Source: Fibrobacteria bacterium
GTDB taxonomy: Bacteria; Fibrobacterota; Chitinivibrionia; Chitinivibrionales; FEN-1185
DNA length: 64,000 nucleotides
Direction: 5' to 3'
NCBI GenBank assembly: GCA_037447435.1
Contig: JBBIGR010000004.1
Location: 96,001-160,000 of the forward strand
Part shown: piece after piece, positions 49,393 to 61,347 of the stretch
Layout of the letters: each line of letters opens with the position of its first letter
Position numbering within the stretch: the first letter of the stretch is position 1
The notes under the pieces: generated by a model
What the model was told of the DNA's origin: nothing
The model's database searches: none
The model's input: only the letters and a program-made list of their open reading frames with translations
Made by a program: the position numbers and the translations under genes

Positions 49393-52300
49393 GTCGCACC
49401 GTGACATTTTTTGTATTTTTTCCCGCTTCCGCACGGGCACGGATCGTTTCTCCCAACCGCCAGCGCAACATTGACTACAGGGGCACGCTTGGCAGGGCCG
49501 TCACCCTGCGGCGCCCGGTTTGTCGAGGTTTGCTGCGGTTGCGGCATGGGTTGCGCCTCTCCTGCCGACGAAAATATGTCAAATGCCCCGTGAATCGTCT
49601 GGCTGCGCTGCAAGCCCATCCGGTCTTCCTCGGCAGAAACAGCTTCCAGTCTGAAAACCATGGATGCGACCTCTCGCGCAATACCGTCACGAAGCTCCTC
49701 AAACATTTTCACGCCTTCGCGTTGATATTCGTAAAGCGGGTTTTTCTGGCCAAACGCACGATATTGGACGCCGCCTTTCAAATGGTCCATTTCGTACAGA
49801 TGGTCTTTCCATAAATTGTCGATCACCATAAGGAAAACACCGCGCTCGAATTGACGCATGACATCGGCGCCAAGACGCGATTCTTTTTCTTCATACCGCG
49901 CCTTGACAAGTTTCCATATGTCGTCGAACAGTTCATCGATGGTCGACACTTTACTTTCCGGATAAATAACCCCGTACAACATCTGCAATTCTTTTTGCAG
50001 GTCTTTGAGGTTCCATGATTCCGCGGTCTTGTTCGCTCCTGCATATTTGTAAATGAGCGACTCCAGAATGGCGGCAAGTTGATCTAAAATTTCGTCCTTG
50101 ATGTCCTCGCCTTTTAATATCCTTTGGCGCAAGCCGTAAATTTCCTTGCGCTGCAAATTCATGACATCATCGTATTCTTTGAGGTGCTTGCGTATTTCGA
50201 AGTTGCGGGCCTCGACGCGTTTCTGCGCATTACCGATCGCGCCGGTCACAAAACGATGCGAAATGACTTCGCCTTCCTGCGCCCCAAGCCTGTCCATGAT
50301 ACCTGCAATGCGTTCGGACCCGAAAATGCGCATGAGGTCGTCGTCGAGCGAAAGGAAAAACTTTGACGACCCGGGGTCGCCCTGTCGTCCGGCTCGGCCG
50401 CGTAACTGATTATCGATACGGCGGGCCTCGTGACGTTCGGTACCGATGATGTGCAATCCGCCCAAACCGACGACGGTCTGGTGTTCTTCGTCGAGCTGCT
50501 TGAACAATTTTGCAAACCGTTTGCGTTTTTCATCGAGCGTCAAGTCTTCGGGCTCAATGCCTTCCTTGACAAGTTCGTTGTTTGCATGGGCTTCGAAATT
50601 TCCGCCCAAAACGATATCGGTACCGCGACCGGCCATATTGGTCGCTATGGTAACGGATTTGAGACGTCCTGCCTGCGAAATGATTTGCGCTTCCCGCGCA
50701 TGTTGTTTCGCATTAAGCACTTCGTGCTGTATTCCCGCACGCAGCAACAATTTGCTTAAGATTTCCGATTTTTCAATCGAGGTCGTCCCCACCAGCACCG
50801 GCCTGCCCTTTTCGTTCATCTCGCCGATTTCCTTGACAACGGCGGCATACTTTTCCTTGTTGGTACGGTATATTTCGTCTTCGAAATCGTTGCGGTTGAG
50901 GGGGCGATGCGAGGGAATGGTGACGACGTCTAATTTGTAAATCTCGTGAAATTCGCCCGCTTCCGTGATCGCAGTCCCGGTCATGCCCGAAAGTTTGTTA
51001 TACATCTTGAAAAAATTCTGAAATGTAATGGTGGCCAGGGTTTGATTTTCGCCGGCGACCTTGACGCCTTCCTTTGCTTCGACGGCCTGGTGCAACCCCT
51101 CGCTCCAGCGTCTCCCGTGCAAAATACGGCCGGTAAATTCGTCGACAATGAGGATTTGACCTTCTTGCACGACGTAGTCGACGTCTTTTTCGAACAGCGA
51201 ATATGCCCGCAAAAGCTGCGATACGCTATGTATACGTTCCGACCGCTCCGAATGAGCCCGATGCGCTTCTTCGCGTTTTTCGGATTTTTCAATTGGCGAC
51301 AGGGATTCGTCGGCATCGATTTTCCCGATCAGGTCGGACAAATCGGGCACCACGAAAAAATCGGGGTTCGAACCGCCGATGAGTTCCCGGCCTTTTTCGG
51401 TCATTTCGGCGCTGTGTCCCGATTCATCGATGGAATAGAACAATTCCTCATCTATTTCATGCAGTTTCCGTTCGCGCAGAAAATCGGTTTCAACCTGTTT
51501 CATGTACTGCGACACGCCCTGTTCCTTAAGGAAATTGATAAGCTTTGGATTTTTAGGCGATCCTCGTTTGACAATAAGGAGTTTTAGCCCCAGTTCGTAT
51601 TCTTTTCCTTCTTTTCCGACAAGTTGCTCTATTTCGCCGAGTACCTTTTGAATGAGTTGGACCTGGGCGTTGACCAGACGTTCGACACGCGGTTTGAGTT
51701 CTTCGTATTCCCGGTTCGATTTTGTGACCGGGCCCGAAATAATAAGCGGCGTACGCGCCTCATCGATGAGAATATTGTCGACCTCGTCGATGACGGCGAA
51801 ATTGAGTTCTCGCTGCACGAGCTGAGACGGCGACGAAGCCATATTGTCGCGCAGGTAATCGAAGCCGTATTCGTTGTTCGTGCCGTACGTAATATCGCAT
51901 AAATAGGCGTCGCGGCGTTCCTGCGTCCCGGGCTCGGTCGTGTCCAAACACCCGACGGTAAGCCCTAAAAAGGAATGAATACGGCCCATCCATTCGCTGT
52001 CGCGCCTGGAAAGATAATCGTTGACCGTAACCACATGGACACCTTTGCCCGACAACGCATTTAAATACGCGGCCATGGCGGCAACCTGGGTTTTTCCTTC
52101 CCCGGTTTTCATCTCGGAAATATTTCCCTGATGCAAGGTAATCGCACCCATGACCTGGACGTCGAAGTGGTACATGTATGGAATTTCGGTTTTGAAAACC
52201 GGATCGAAAACAGTGCGTTTTTCGCCAAGGACTCGATGCGTTGCTTCCCGAAAAACAGCAAACGCCTCGGGCAAAACGTCATCGAGCGTTGAACCGGCCG

Positions 52301-52466
52301 AAAGCCGTTGCTTAAATTCGTCCGTTTTTGCCTTGAGCTGATCATCCGTCAATGCACGGATACTGTCTTTGAAACTATTGACCGCATCGACTATGGGTTT
52401 GATGCGTTTCATGTCGCGGTCCTGCTTCGAGCCGAACATTGCACCTAAAATTTTCAACATCAGCAT
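49389..52466 (-). CDS. secA: Preprotein translocase subunit SecA
   Basis: [63 protein letters not shown]. Confidence 0.99.
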   Translation of the reverse strand: MLMLKILGAMFGSKQDRDMKRIKPIVDAVNSFKDSIRALTDDQLKAKTDEFKQRLSAGSTLDDVLPEAFAVFREATHRVLGEKRTVFDPVFKTEIPYMYHFDVQVMGAITLHQGNISEMKTGEGKTQVAAMAAYLNALSGKGVHVVTVNDYLSRRDSEWMGRIHSFLGLTVGCLDTTEPGTQERRDAYLCDITYGTNNEYGFDYLRDNMASSPSQLVQRELNFAVIDEVDNILIDEARTPLIISGPVTKSNREYEELKPRVERLVNAQVQLIQKVLGEIEQLVGKEGKEYELGLKLLIVKRGSPKNPKLINFLKEQGVSQYMKQVETDFLRERKLHEIDEELFYSIDESGHSAEMTEKGRELIGGSNPDFFVVPDLSDLIGKIDADESLSPIEKSEKREEAHRAHSERSERIHSVSQLLRAYSLFEKDVDYVVQEGQILIVDEFTGRILHGRRWSEGLHQAVEAKEGVKVAGENQTLATITFQNFFKMYNKLSGMTGTAITEAGEFHEIYKLDVVTIPSHRPLNRNDFEDEIYRTNKEKYAAVVKEIGEMNEKGRPVLVGTTSIEKSEILSKLLLRAGIQHEVLNAKQHAREAQIISQAGRLKSVTIATNMAGRGTDIVLGGNFEAHANNELVKEGIEPEDLTLDEKRKRFAKLFKQLDEEHQTVVGLGGLHIIGTERHEARRIDNQLRGRAGRQGDPGSSKFFLSLDDDLMRIFGSERIAGIMDRLGAQEGEVISHRFVTGAIGNAQKRVEARNFEIRKHLKEYDDVMNLQRKEIYGLRQRILKGEDIKDEILDQLAAILESLIYKYAGANKTAESWNLKDLQKELQMLYGVIYPESKVSTIDELFDDIWKLVKARYEEKESRLGADVMRQFERGVFLMVIDNLWKDHLYEMDHLKGGVQYRAFGQKNPLYEYQREGVKMFEELRDGIAREVASMVFRLEAVSAEEDRMGLQRSQTIHGAFDIFSSAGEAQPMPQPQQTSTNRAPQGDGPAKRAPVVNVALAVGRNDPCPCGSGKKYKKCHGAT

Positions 52467-52479
52467 AAAAAATTCCGCC

Positions 52480-53166
52480 TTATCTTTCTTGTTGCAACGT
52501 AAATTCCGTAAATTCTATATCTGCGATTTGACCTTTTTCGAGTAAAGAATTGAGTCCCGACCTAAGGCCTATGCGCAGCGAATCGACGACGATATCGTCG
52601 AGTGATTTTCCAGACAGTGATTTTTGAACCATGACTTTCAAATTATCGCGTTTTACAAGGATTTCCTTTTTTAAATCTTTATTGGCCGAAAACGACAGCT
52701 TAAGCGACACCTTCAACTTGGGTTGTGTTTTATCAATTAACTTACACAATATTCCCGCGAGTGCGACGGAATCTTTCGGCAAATCGGCCACAACGGGAAG
52801 GGATTCCTGTACAATTTTTTGCGTCGGTTCAACCGCTTTTTGAATCGGTTGGGGTTCGGCTTTTTTTGGCACAACCGCATTGTCTTTGGGCCTTTGTTCA
52901 ATTTTCTCCTGCGGTGCCTTGACTTCTTCGACAGCCGGTTTTTCAACGGTTGAAAAAACAGCGTCATTTTGCGGTTGAGCAGACTGTGCCGATTCCCGGG
53001 CAGCCTGTACCGGCGATTCATTTTTCTTGTTTTTCGAAAGCAATAAATCACTGTTATTGCGGATAAAAAGTCCTATTGCGAAACCGACGGCTAAGATGCC
53101 GACAATTATCCAGAGGATATTTTTAGATTGTCCGCGTTTTTTATCCGCCCATGAAGATTCAGCCAT
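52480..53166 (-). CDS. FliL-like membrane protein
   Basis: N-terminal TM, Pro/Glu/Lys-rich linker, C-terminal [25 protein letters not shown] like the FliL end. Confidence 0.65.
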   Translation of the reverse strand: MAESSWADKKRGQSKNILWIIVGILAVGFAIGLFIRNNSDLLLSKNKKNESPVQAARESAQSAQPQNDAVFSTVEKPAVEEVKAPQEKIEQRPKDNAVVPKKAEPQPIQKAVEPTQKIVQESLPVVADLPKDSVALAGILCKLIDKTQPKLKVSLKLSFSANKDLKKEILVKRDNLKVMVQKSLSGKSLDDIVVDSLRIGLRSGLNSLLEKGQIADIEFTEFTLQQER

Positions 53167-53255
53167 TACACACCATAAAAAACGCCGGCATCACAATTCG
53201 CAGGCAGAATAAAGGGTTATCCGAGAAATAGTTTTGAGAATACTGCCGCACAGGT

Positions 53256-53570
53256 TCATGCTTCCTCAACTTTGCAAGAAAGAGGCACGCCACGGGAAAA
53301 CTTATCAACTAAATCGCCCAAAAGCTTTTGCTGTTCGGCGTTTAGCGATTCAAAATGCATCCCGAGCCTAAAGCCTTGAACACGTTCCTGGCAATACACG
53401 ACACGTGCACTTAATTTCAGGGAATTAATCGTAATGGAAAGAACAGCGTCCTTTTCTTTTTTCTTATCGTGATGGCAGCAAACGCCTGTTTTGCTCAAAT
53501 CAAAAAGCACAGGTTCATTTTCACCGTTAAGATTAAGAAACTCAATGCGTTCGCTGGCTCTGTCCTTCAT
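53256..53570 (-). CDS. PilZ domain protein
   Basis: RASER (RxxxR) and DLSKTG (DxSxxG) motifs; FRLGMHF. Confidence 0.85.
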   Translation of the reverse strand: MKDRASERIEFLNLNGENEPVLFDLSKTGVCCHHDKKKEKDAVLSITINSLKLSARVVYCQERVQGFRLGMHFESLNAEQQKLLGDLVDKFSRGVPLSCKVEEA

Positions 53571-53803
53571 ACGTTTCTCCTGGTAATGGGATTAGAAGGA
53601 ACCCATAGCAAATGCTGTGGGGACCACGGCCCGGATATAAAGATATTATTATAGATATGGCTTTGTAAAAATAATTATCGTTATATGCGCATTTGGGATT
53701 TTTTTCAAAAAAAGAAGTTTTCCTCAATCCTGGCCATATCCGGCCCTTGGACATTGTTAACCCCGAGATTGTTTCTTTGTTATCGGTCCGAGAATATGCG
53801 GTT

Positions 53804-55795
53804 TTATTCGGAAGGAACGGATTGTCCGGAAAAGAGTATCCCTTTTTTTGCATCATAGGTTATTGTGAATTCACGTATTGCGGATTTTAATGTCGATACG
53901 GAGTCGCCAATTCTAACGCATAAATCCGGAAACGCCTGCTTTCGAATCACTATTTTGCACAGTTGAGGAGTTTCGCTATATGTTTTTTTTATCAATTGCG
54001 GCAATTTAGCCATAAGCGATTCCTGTTGCGAAGCGATTTCCTTAAGCGACGACAATAACGTTTTCAATTGTTGTCTATTCGGCATTGTTTTAAGTTTTTC
54101 CAGCGCATCGGGTTGCTTTAAATCAACACCGATTTCTTTTTGGATACGAATGGCTTTTTTATTGAGTATCGCAACAGATTCCTTGGTAGTCTTTAATACT
54201 TCCAAGGCATCGGGATCTACGCCGCAAAACAACCAGGTAACGTTTGCCGGAGAACCGACGGATTTTAAATCCATACCTTTCATGGACACGAGTTTACCGC
54301 CGATAACACATCCCTTTTCGTCGCTGTTGACACCGTCGCCTTTCACCGTTACCGTACCGTTGCACCATATTTTCGAATCGCTGACGAAACTTTTTACAGC
54401 CAGATTCCCCTCTACATGCAAGCATCCGTTTTGAATAAAACGAATATCGGCATTCCCTTTAACGACAATGTCCGACGTTTCGCCGAAAAGACCGTGACCG
54501 ACAGTAAGCCCTCGTCCGCATCTGATAATCGCACCGTTTTCAATGCTTCCCTTGACAACAAGGTCTTTGCCGCATTCCACTTTAAAACCCGAACGTATGT
54601 CACCGTCGACCAAAATGGAATTGCTCGAATACAAATTTCCGGTTTCCGGCCCGACATTCCCTTTTATGTGAAGCGTCTCGGTCAGGGAAACGGTATGGTC
54701 GGAAAGTGACAGTATCCCGGTTTTCTGTGCGACATATTTGGTTTTCCCGTTTTCATTCTCAACCGCAATATTGTCTCCAGCCGTAAAATCAACGTCCTTT
54801 ACCGGTATCGGAGGAATCGGTCTGCCGAAAACGTCGACGCCGGGATTTCCACAAACCGCATTGATTTTTTCCGCGACAACAGTGCCGACCTCGATTTCAA
54901 TAAAGGGCGATATTTCGTGCAAATCAATATGGCCGGTCTTGTCTTCGACGCCGCTTCGCTTTGCTTGTAAGAATACGGTGATCGTCGCATCGGTGCCGGA
55001 TGTCGGCGGTAATCCGGCCGCGATTACGTATGTCATCATAGTGCCGGCGTTCAATTTGCCGGCAATCGCGGCTTCATCATGCGGGGCATCGACGTTTTTT
55101 ACCGGCAGCGATGTCACGGCCGATGCGTAATCCTTTATCAGGAGTTCGGCGTTGTTCGACACCAGCGGAACAAACACAAAACATTTGCGCATGGAATCGG
55201 CGCTTGCGATTACGGGATCGCGTATGTCCAATCGATCGTCGGCATCGACGGTCACATACCCGTTTTTTGTTGCAATGTAGGAAACAGATACGGGTGTAGA
55301 TTCGATATGGATATTGTTTGTCGCGACAAAATGCTGCATCATCTTGGACCCGGCGCCGATTTCTTTTCCGTAAACATCAAGCGCTTTTCCGGAAATGCTT
55401 TCGCAGCATATTTTTTGTCCTTTCACCGCATAAAAGGCTTTTATACTCACGGGGGATTCGAAATTTTTATCGCAATCCTTCAATACGGTCCGAACCGACA
55501 CGAGCGACGAAAGTATTTTCCGTATATTGGCGTCCGAACCAGGCAGTGTTTCATCACCAAAAGTAATCAGGGGAACCGGAAGGAAGGCCTCTGCGGCAGG
55601 AACGTTGTTTTGTATATCACCGGTCAACACGGCCCGTTTTAAGGCGTCTTGAATTTCGTTCCATTTGATTCCGCTGACAATCCCTTGTGCCTGAAGTTCG
55701 CGGCGTACATCCTCTTCCGTCACCATACCGGTCGCAATGGTAATTGTGGCATTTTTACCGTCGGGTGAAATCCAAAATCGGATATCGTCGGCCAT
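53804..55795 (-). CDS. FapA / DUF342 family flagellar assembly protein
   Basis: GVDVFGRPI, GNVGPETGNL, GDIRSGFKV, IGGKL..GSPANVTWLFCGVD. Confidence 0.85.
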   Translation of the reverse strand: MADDIRFWISPDGKNATITIATGMVTEEDVRRELQAQGIVSGIKWNEIQDALKRAVLTGDIQNNVPAAEAFLPVPLITFGDETLPGSDANIRKILSSLVSVRTVLKDCDKNFESPVSIKAFYAVKGQKICCESISGKALDVYGKEIGAGSKMMQHFVATNNIHIESTPVSVSYIATKNGYVTVDADDRLDIRDPVIASADSMRKCFVFVPLVSNNAELLIKDYASAVTSLPVKNVDAPHDEAAIAGKLNAGTMMTYVIAAGLPPTSGTDATITVFLQAKRSGVEDKTGHIDLHEISPFIEIEVGTVVAEKINAVCGNPGVDVFGRPIPPIPVKDVDFTAGDNIAVENENGKTKYVAQKTGILSLSDHTVSLTETLHIKGNVGPETGNLYSSNSILVDGDIRSGFKVECGKDLVVKGSIENGAIIRCGRGLTVGHGLFGETSDIVVKGNADIRFIQNGCLHVEGNLAVKSFVSDSKIWCNGTVTVKGDGVNSDEKGCVIGGKLVSMKGMDLKSVGSPANVTWLFCGVDPDALEVLKTTKESVAILNKKAIRIQKEIGVDLKQPDALEKLKTMPNRQQLKTLLSSLKEIASQQESLMAKLPQLIKKTYSETPQLCKIVIRKQAFPDLCVRIGDSVSTLKSAIREFTITYDAKKGILFSGQSVPSE

Positions 55796-56706
55796 TATAA
55801 TCCCTCGACAAGGCTGTCGATTTTTTGCGCAAGTCCCGGTGTCTGATGCATGTTATAAGCTTGGATAAGACAAAGGGTTGCTATGGATATATAGCTTCCC
55901 ATAGAATCCGCAAATCTAAAACCGCTGATGCTTCTGGTATCGGGAATCAGGATCGAACCGAGCACCGTTTCTCCCCGCGACAAGAGCAATACGGTCCCTT
56001 CGTCGCCGACTATTTCTTTTTTATCTACCATTGCTTTGGCGCCGAGCGACAATAATGCCTCAGACGGCCGTGCCCCGCAATCCGACGCGACGAGGTCAAT
56101 AAACGGTACATTGATGAAGACCGGCGAAACCTGTAACTGTTCGGCGATGGAAACGCAGATTTTTTCAACGATATGCGTATTTTCAACATCCTCGATGAGC
56201 ATTTGCAATATTTCATTTTTATTCTGCAATTGTATCGTCCGCTCACGGACCTTATCTTCCAGGAGCGCGTTTACTTCAGAGAGTTGTTTGTTTTTAACTT
56301 CCAACTTTTCCAACAAGTCTCTTTTCACTTCTCTGTATTCGTACATTTCAAGCGCATTTTGGATCGACATCCGCAAATCCTCTTTTTGCCAGGGTTTGGC
56401 AATGTATCGCCATACATGACGTTCGTTGATTGCTTGCATGATTTTTTCAATATCCGAATAAGCGGACAATACCATATACACGGAATTCGGGGAGATTTTT
56501 TGCGCTTCGGTCAAAAACGCTATTCCATCCATTTCGGGCATTCGCATGTCCGAAATAACCACGGCAGGTGCATGCAATTTCATTTTGCGCAACGCCTCTT
56601 CACCGCTCGATGCGGTTTCGATGAAAAAAGGTTCACGATGCAGTGTCCTTCGCAGCGAATCGAGCACCATGGGCTCGTCATCGACAAACAAAACAGAATA
56701 TTTCAT
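55795..56706 (-). CDS. Response regulator (receiver, coiled coil, GAF-like tail)
   Basis: LFVDDE, ISDMRMP, YIAKPW; start MKYS behind GGAGG. Confidence 0.88.
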   Translation of the reverse strand: MKYSVLFVDDEPMVLDSLRRTLHREPFFIETASSGEEALRKMKLHAPAVVISDMRMPEMDGIAFLTEAQKISPNSVYMVLSAYSDIEKIMQAINERHVWRYIAKPWQKEDLRMSIQNALEMYEYREVKRDLLEKLEVKNKQLSEVNALLEDKVRERTIQLQNKNEILQMLIEDVENTHIVEKICVSIAEQLQVSPVFINVPFIDLVASDCGARPSEALLSLGAKAMVDKKEIVGDEGTVLLLSRGETVLGSILIPDTRSISGFRFADSMGSYISIATLCLIQAYNMHQTPGLAQKIDSLVEGL

Positions 56707-56734
56707 AGTAGCCTCCGGTAAAACTTTCCCGACA

Positions 56735-57925
56735 TTAATTTCGCTCGACATGTTCCTTCGACAATTCCACAGCAAGTCCGTCGATGTGCGCTTTTTCGGC
56801 TTTGATAATTTCGAAAACGCCTTCGCACAGCAGTGTCGATTCGACCCGTCCCACTATTTTCCAGGAATAATAATCCGCAATATGGACCAAGCAAAGTATT
56901 TCCATATTCGAAACCGAGGGATTAAGCGGTTCATGATGATACATGCATGTTTCTATTATCGATTGCGGAAGATTCCACCAATCAAGCAAATACGCACCCA
57001 TTGCCATATGCGTAACACCCAGTATTCGGGTTTCAGCTTGCTCAATGCTGCATTGCCCGGATTTGATTCGTTTCTGAATCTCCTTGTATTTATCCGGGAA
57101 ATTCCGTATGACCAACAATGTCCCCGTATCATGAAGGAGTCCGCAACACGCGTACTCGTCCGGAACGGCCGCATTATGAATGTTGCGGTACAATCCGTGG
57201 AAAATTCTGTTTGCTATACGCGAATGTTCCCATAACTGTTCCACATCCTGCTGGTTTGGACCAATTGCCGCAAACGATCTGAAAAGCTCGGTGCCGAATA
57301 TCAAATTCTTTATGGTTTCCAAGCCCAAATAAACGAGGGCCTGGGTAATCGCCCCGATTTTAATGCCGTACATCGACGAATTTGCAATATGCAATATCTT
57401 GACCGCGTATTCCGGGTCATTGGAAATGAACTGGGCGATTTCTTCCATAGACTTGTTTTGGTTTATTAAGGTGCACAAATCCTGATACATGACGGGAATG
57501 ACGGGAATGGTCTCCAAGCCATCGATAATTGCGGCGACGGTATTGGTATGTATGGAATCGTACATCATGAACAATCTATCCAAATGCGACTTTAACATAT
57601 CGTTTGAAATCGGCTTGGTCAGATACGATCGTGCGGTCCCGTTTGCTACCGCTTTTATTATGGTGTTTCTGTCGGAATCGCCGCTTAAAATGATCCGGAT
57701 GATATGCGGATACGTTTGTTTTACATACGATAACAACTCGAACCCGCTCATTTCGGGCATTCTCATATCCGAAATAATGAGGTCGAAATGCTGTTGTGCC
57801 AAGATGGTTTTAGCTTCGGCACCGCTCATGGCAATAGAGGCCGTGTAATTGCAATTTCGCAAAACCCGTCCCAAATAGCGCGTTATGCCCTCTTCGTCGT
57901 CCACCACAAGAATTCGCTTGCTCAT
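56735..57925 (-). CDS. Receiver-HDOD domain protein
   Basis: ILVVDDE, ISDMRMP; KILHIANSS, LWEHS, GLLHDTG, WNLP, YHHEP. Confidence 0.92.
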   Translation of the reverse strand: MSKRILVVDDEEGITRYLGRVLRNCNYTASIAMSGAEAKTILAQQHFDLIISDMRMPEMSGFELLSYVKQTYPHIIRIILSGDSDRNTIIKAVANGTARSYLTKPISNDMLKSHLDRLFMMYDSIHTNTVAAIIDGLETIPVIPVMYQDLCTLINQNKSMEEIAQFISNDPEYAVKILHIANSSMYGIKIGAITQALVYLGLETIKNLIFGTELFRSFAAIGPNQQDVEQLWEHSRIANRIFHGLYRNIHNAAVPDEYACCGLLHDTGTLLVIRNFPDKYKEIQKRIKSGQCSIEQAETRILGVTHMAMGAYLLDWWNLPQSIIETCMYHHEPLNPSVSNMEILCLVHIADYYSWKIVGRVESTLLCEGVFEIIKAEKAHIDGLAVELSKEHVERN

Positions 57926-59635
57926 CTATTGCCTCCGCTTAGGAAGTTTAATGGTAAAACAAGTGCCCTTGCCAAGCTCGGTGTCGACCCCTATTTCACC
58001 CTTATGACGATTCACAATAATATCCCAGGCAATGTTCAACCCCAGCCCCGTGCCTTTTCCAACCGGTTTTGTCGTAAAAAAGGGTTCAAATATCTTTTTT
58101 ACATTTTCTTCCTTAATTCCCGGCCCGTCATCCGCAATGGAGCAATATACCGAATCGTCATCTTCCAGGGTGGCGACCGTGATAAGGCCTTTACTCGCCC
58201 GGTGCTGCTCAGCGATCGCTTGGGCGGCATTGACGATAATATTCAGAAAAACCTGGTTCATTTCTCCAATATTGCAATAGACGGGGGAAACATGCGAAAA
58301 GTCGGTCTTAATATCAGCATAATATTTGATTTCGTTTTTTGCAACCATAAGCGTGCTTTTGAGATGCTCTTCGATATCGGCCTCTACCTGATCGTTTTTC
58401 TGCCCCACCCTCGCAAAGTCCTTTAAATTCGCAACGATATCGACGACACGCCTAAGCCCGCCGATATTATCTTTGAGCAACCCGCCGACATCGCCGAGAA
58501 TATATTCGATATCCAATCGTTTTTTTATATCGTCAATTTGATCCGGCGTCAATTTGCTTTCATAAAATCCGATCAATTCCTTGATCGATTCAAAATATTC
58601 GGCCAACGTCTCCGAATTGCCGAGGACGTAACCGACAGGATTGTTTATTTCATGGGCAACGCCGGCGGCCAGTTGGCCGATACCTGCAAGTTTTTCGGAC
58701 TGTATCAATTGAAGATGCGCGCTTTTAACTTCCTGCTCGGCCTGTTCGCGTACCATGATTTCATACTGCATCTGCACGTTTACTTTACCGAGTTCCTCAG
58801 CGCGTTCCTCAATTTCCTGCTGGGACTTTGCCAATTTTTCCGTCATCTCGTTAAACCCTTTGGCAAGTTCGCCGATTTCATCATTCGATGAAACCGCCAC
58901 CTTCTGATCAAGTTTCCCCTCGGCAATTTCGTAGACATGATTGGTAAGCGACTTGAGCGGCTTCACAATAGTTTGCAACAAATAAATTCCGAAAAACAGA
59001 AGAATGGCCGAAACGGTCAGGATTACGATAACCGCCAATCGCAGGGAATGATGGGCAATATCGGCGGTTTCCTTGGCAGCCATCCGGATCGTATATACCG
59101 ACGATTCGAAAGCTTTATCGTATTGCATGCCCCTGCCCGAAAAATATTGACGAAGCGAAAACTGATATTTTGCCTTTTCATCGGCATAGAGTTTGCCGTC
59201 CAATATTGAAATTGCCTTTTGCGATTCTCCGTTTTTAACGCAATCAATGGACTGATGCTCAAGTTTGCATAACAGGTCGTTGCTGTTTTTTAATATCACA
59301 AAAAACGGTTTGATTTCTATTGTGCTTTCGTCAACCCCCTGGGCGATGGCATCATCGAGTTCCGCTTCATGTTCATAATACTGCTGCACCCATGCCTTAT
59401 TTCCGGTAAAGGCGTAATTTCGTGCACATTGAGTCAGAATTTCGTCGTTTAACCGGATAAGGCTTGCTAATCCGTCAATACGGAGCATTTTGCTCACAGT
59501 ATCGATGCTTTGCGGTATATCGTTTTCTATAGGATCGGATATTTTTTTAATGAGCCCGACGAAAAAAAACGTCATGCCAAGGACATTCACCAATGCCGCA
59601 AAAAAAACGATAATGAATTTTGTACGGATTTTCAT
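57926..59635 (-). CDS. HAMP sensor histidine kinase (NtrB-like core)
   Basis: SEKLAGIGQLAAGVAHEINNP, NQVFLNIIVNAAQA, DDGPGI, FFTTKPVGKGTGLGL. Confidence 0.95.
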   Translation of the reverse strand: MKIRTKFIIVFFAALVNVLGMTFFFVGLIKKISDPIENDIPQSIDTVSKMLRIDGLASLIRLNDEILTQCARNYAFTGNKAWVQQYYEHEAELDDAIAQGVDESTIEIKPFFVILKNSNDLLCKLEHQSIDCVKNGESQKAISILDGKLYADEKAKYQFSLRQYFSGRGMQYDKAFESSVYTIRMAAKETADIAHHSLRLAVIVILTVSAILLFFGIYLLQTIVKPLKSLTNHVYEIAEGKLDQKVAVSSNDEIGELAKGFNEMTEKLAKSQQEIEERAEELGKVNVQMQYEIMVREQAEQEVKSAHLQLIQSEKLAGIGQLAAGVAHEINNPVGYVLGNSETLAEYFESIKELIGFYESKLTPDQIDDIKKRLDIEYILGDVGGLLKDNIGGLRRVVDIVANLKDFARVGQKNDQVEADIEEHLKSTLMVAKNEIKYYADIKTDFSHVSPVYCNIGEMNQVFLNIIVNAAQAIAEQHRASKGLITVATLEDDDSVYCSIADDGPGIKEENVKKIFEPFFTTKPVGKGTGLGLNIAWDIIVNRHKGEIGVDTELGKGTCFTIKLPKRRQ

Positions 59636-59685
59636 ACGATTCCCATGTTCACTCTCATCGGTGCCGACACGTTTAAATAATTCGT

Positions 59686-60684
59686 TTACCTGATTATTTC
59701 TTTGGCTTGACCAATAATATCGTCCGGTACAGGAACATTGAGTCGTGATGCGGTTTGAAGATTGACAATGATATAATCGTCGCGCGGACTTTCGGTTTGA
59801 AGCCAGGTCGGGTCTGCGCCGGAAAGTATCATTGCCGCTTTTTCACCGGAGATCTTGCCGAGCGAATAAAAATCCGCCACATTGCCCACTAAGGCGCCTT
59901 TTTGCACGCCGGCCTTATTACATGAAAAGGAAGGCATTGCATTTCTCCGGCAAAAGGCGATTATGATTTCTTCCCCGCCCGATTGAATTAACGTATCGCA
60001 GGCGGCATAGATCGCATCAACCTTATTTTTAATTTTACCGAGTTGTTGCGTGAGGTCGGCAGTATCCGACGCCGCGATTTCAATAATATTTATATTTCGA
60101 CCTTTTAAAAGTTTTTTAAATTCTTCGAATTGAATAGCGGAATTCGGTTCACCCTTGCGATGGACAAAGGCTATAGATTTTACATTCGGATAAATGCGTT
60201 CAAACGCATAAAATTGACGAGAAGGCGGAACGTAATTTCTGGTGCCGACGCAATTACACCCGGAGTTGGAAATCGAGGCAATAACCCCGGTTTCGACGGG
60301 GTAAGTGACAATGGAAAAAACTATGGGAATTTTTGTCACGATCTTTTTGGCAACCAAGGTGCCGGGAGTCGTTAGAGAGTATATCAAATCAACTTTTTGG
60401 TCCTTGAATTGTTTTATTACGGTTTCCTGCCTAAGCTTGTCGGCATTGCTGATCTGAATGATATATTTGACGTTATCGAATTCTTTATAGCCTCGAGCAG
60501 CCATTTCGTCCTTGAATCCGGACACATTTCTGGAATATTCATTGCTTTGAACCCATTGCGCAATGCCAATTGTATATTTTTTTTTCGAATGCCCGCACTG
60601 GCTTATTCCCGCAACAATGACGATTAAAATGACGGCAACAAATGCCAAGCCGGCTTTTTGCATTATTCTTTTGCATGCATCCAT
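59686..60684 (-). CDS. ABC-type substrate-binding protein (ABC_sub_bind family)
   Basis: VDLIYSLTTP, IPIVFSIVTYPV..G, GEKAAMILSGADP, IVNLQTASRL. Confidence 0.88.
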   Translation of the reverse strand: MDACKRIMQKAGLAFVAVILIVIVAGISQCGHSKKKYTIGIAQWVQSNEYSRNVSGFKDEMAARGYKEFDNVKYIIQISNADKLRQETVIKQFKDQKVDLIYSLTTPGTLVAKKIVTKIPIVFSIVTYPVETGVIASISNSGCNCVGTRNYVPPSRQFYAFERIYPNVKSIAFVHRKGEPNSAIQFEEFKKLLKGRNINIIEIAASDTADLTQQLGKIKNKVDAIYAACDTLIQSGGEEIIIAFCRRNAMPSFSCNKAGVQKGALVGNVADFYSLGKISGEKAAMILSGADPTWLQTESPRDDYIIVNLQTASRLNVPVPDDIIGQAKEIIR

Positions 60685-60704
60685 AACAGCATCCTTTGCG
60701 TCGC

Positions 60705-61274
60705 CTATTCGCCTATCAATGTATGAACATGTGCAAGAAATTCATCTTGCGAAACACCTTTCATACACGCGTCGTCGGCACCGATTTTCATTGCATCGTC
60801 TATTTCCGATTTTCCAAGGGCCGATAATAAAAGAATTTTTGTATCGGTAAAATCGGGATTTTCACGTATAAACCTGACAACGTCTTTTCCGCTCATTGCC
60901 GGCATATTCAAATCCAACGTCACCAAGTCGGGTTTGAAACTTCCAAGTATTGCTCCTGCGGAAAACCCATCGGATGCGATTTTCGTTTCATACCCTTTCA
61001 TTCGAAAAGTCCTTTGAATTGATTTTGCGAATTCGATTTCGTCGTCAACGATTAATACCCGTTTTTTACCCGGTTTTAATTCTTGCGGGATTGGGAGATT
61101 ATTTGATTTTAAAAACAATAGAAAATCATTTAGTTCTATTCTGTTATCGCCTCTGGCTCCCGGTAGTTTAAACGCCTTAAGTTCTCCCCGCTCTATCCAT
61201 CGTAAAACGGTTTTCAGCGTTACGCCGCAAAATTTGGCGATTTCCCCGGTAGTAAGATTTTTTTTATTGTCCAT
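60705..61274 (-). CDS. Excisionase/MerR-like HTH plus receiver response regulator
   Basis: LTTGEIAKFCGVTLKTVLRWIERGELKAFKLPG..RI; VLIVDDE, TLDLNMP. Confidence 0.92.
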   Translation of the reverse strand: MDNKKNLTTGEIAKFCGVTLKTVLRWIERGELKAFKLPGARGDNRIELNDFLLFLKSNNLPIPQELKPGKKRVLIVDDEIEFAKSIQRTFRMKGYETKIASDGFSAGAILGSFKPDLVTLDLNMPAMSGKDVVRFIRENPDFTDTKILLLSALGKSEIDDAMKIGADDACMKGVSQDEFLAHVHTLIGE

Positions 61275-61320
61275 TTTAACACCTTGATTTGCAACAAGTC
61301 ACAATGTGAATAATGCGTAC

Positions 61321-61347
61321 TTCGTGACTTTCATGACTTTCGTGACT
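61321..61347. promoter_or_regulatory. Three tandem 9-bp direct repeats upstream of the HTH-REC gene
   Basis: TTCGTGACT TTCATGACT TTCGTGACT. Confidence 0.6.

Noticed and set aside
52150..52240. Insertion in SecA before the FDVQ motif as an intein or novelty
   Set aside because: Short, no intein motifs; similar inserts are, from memory, common in SecA of related phyla
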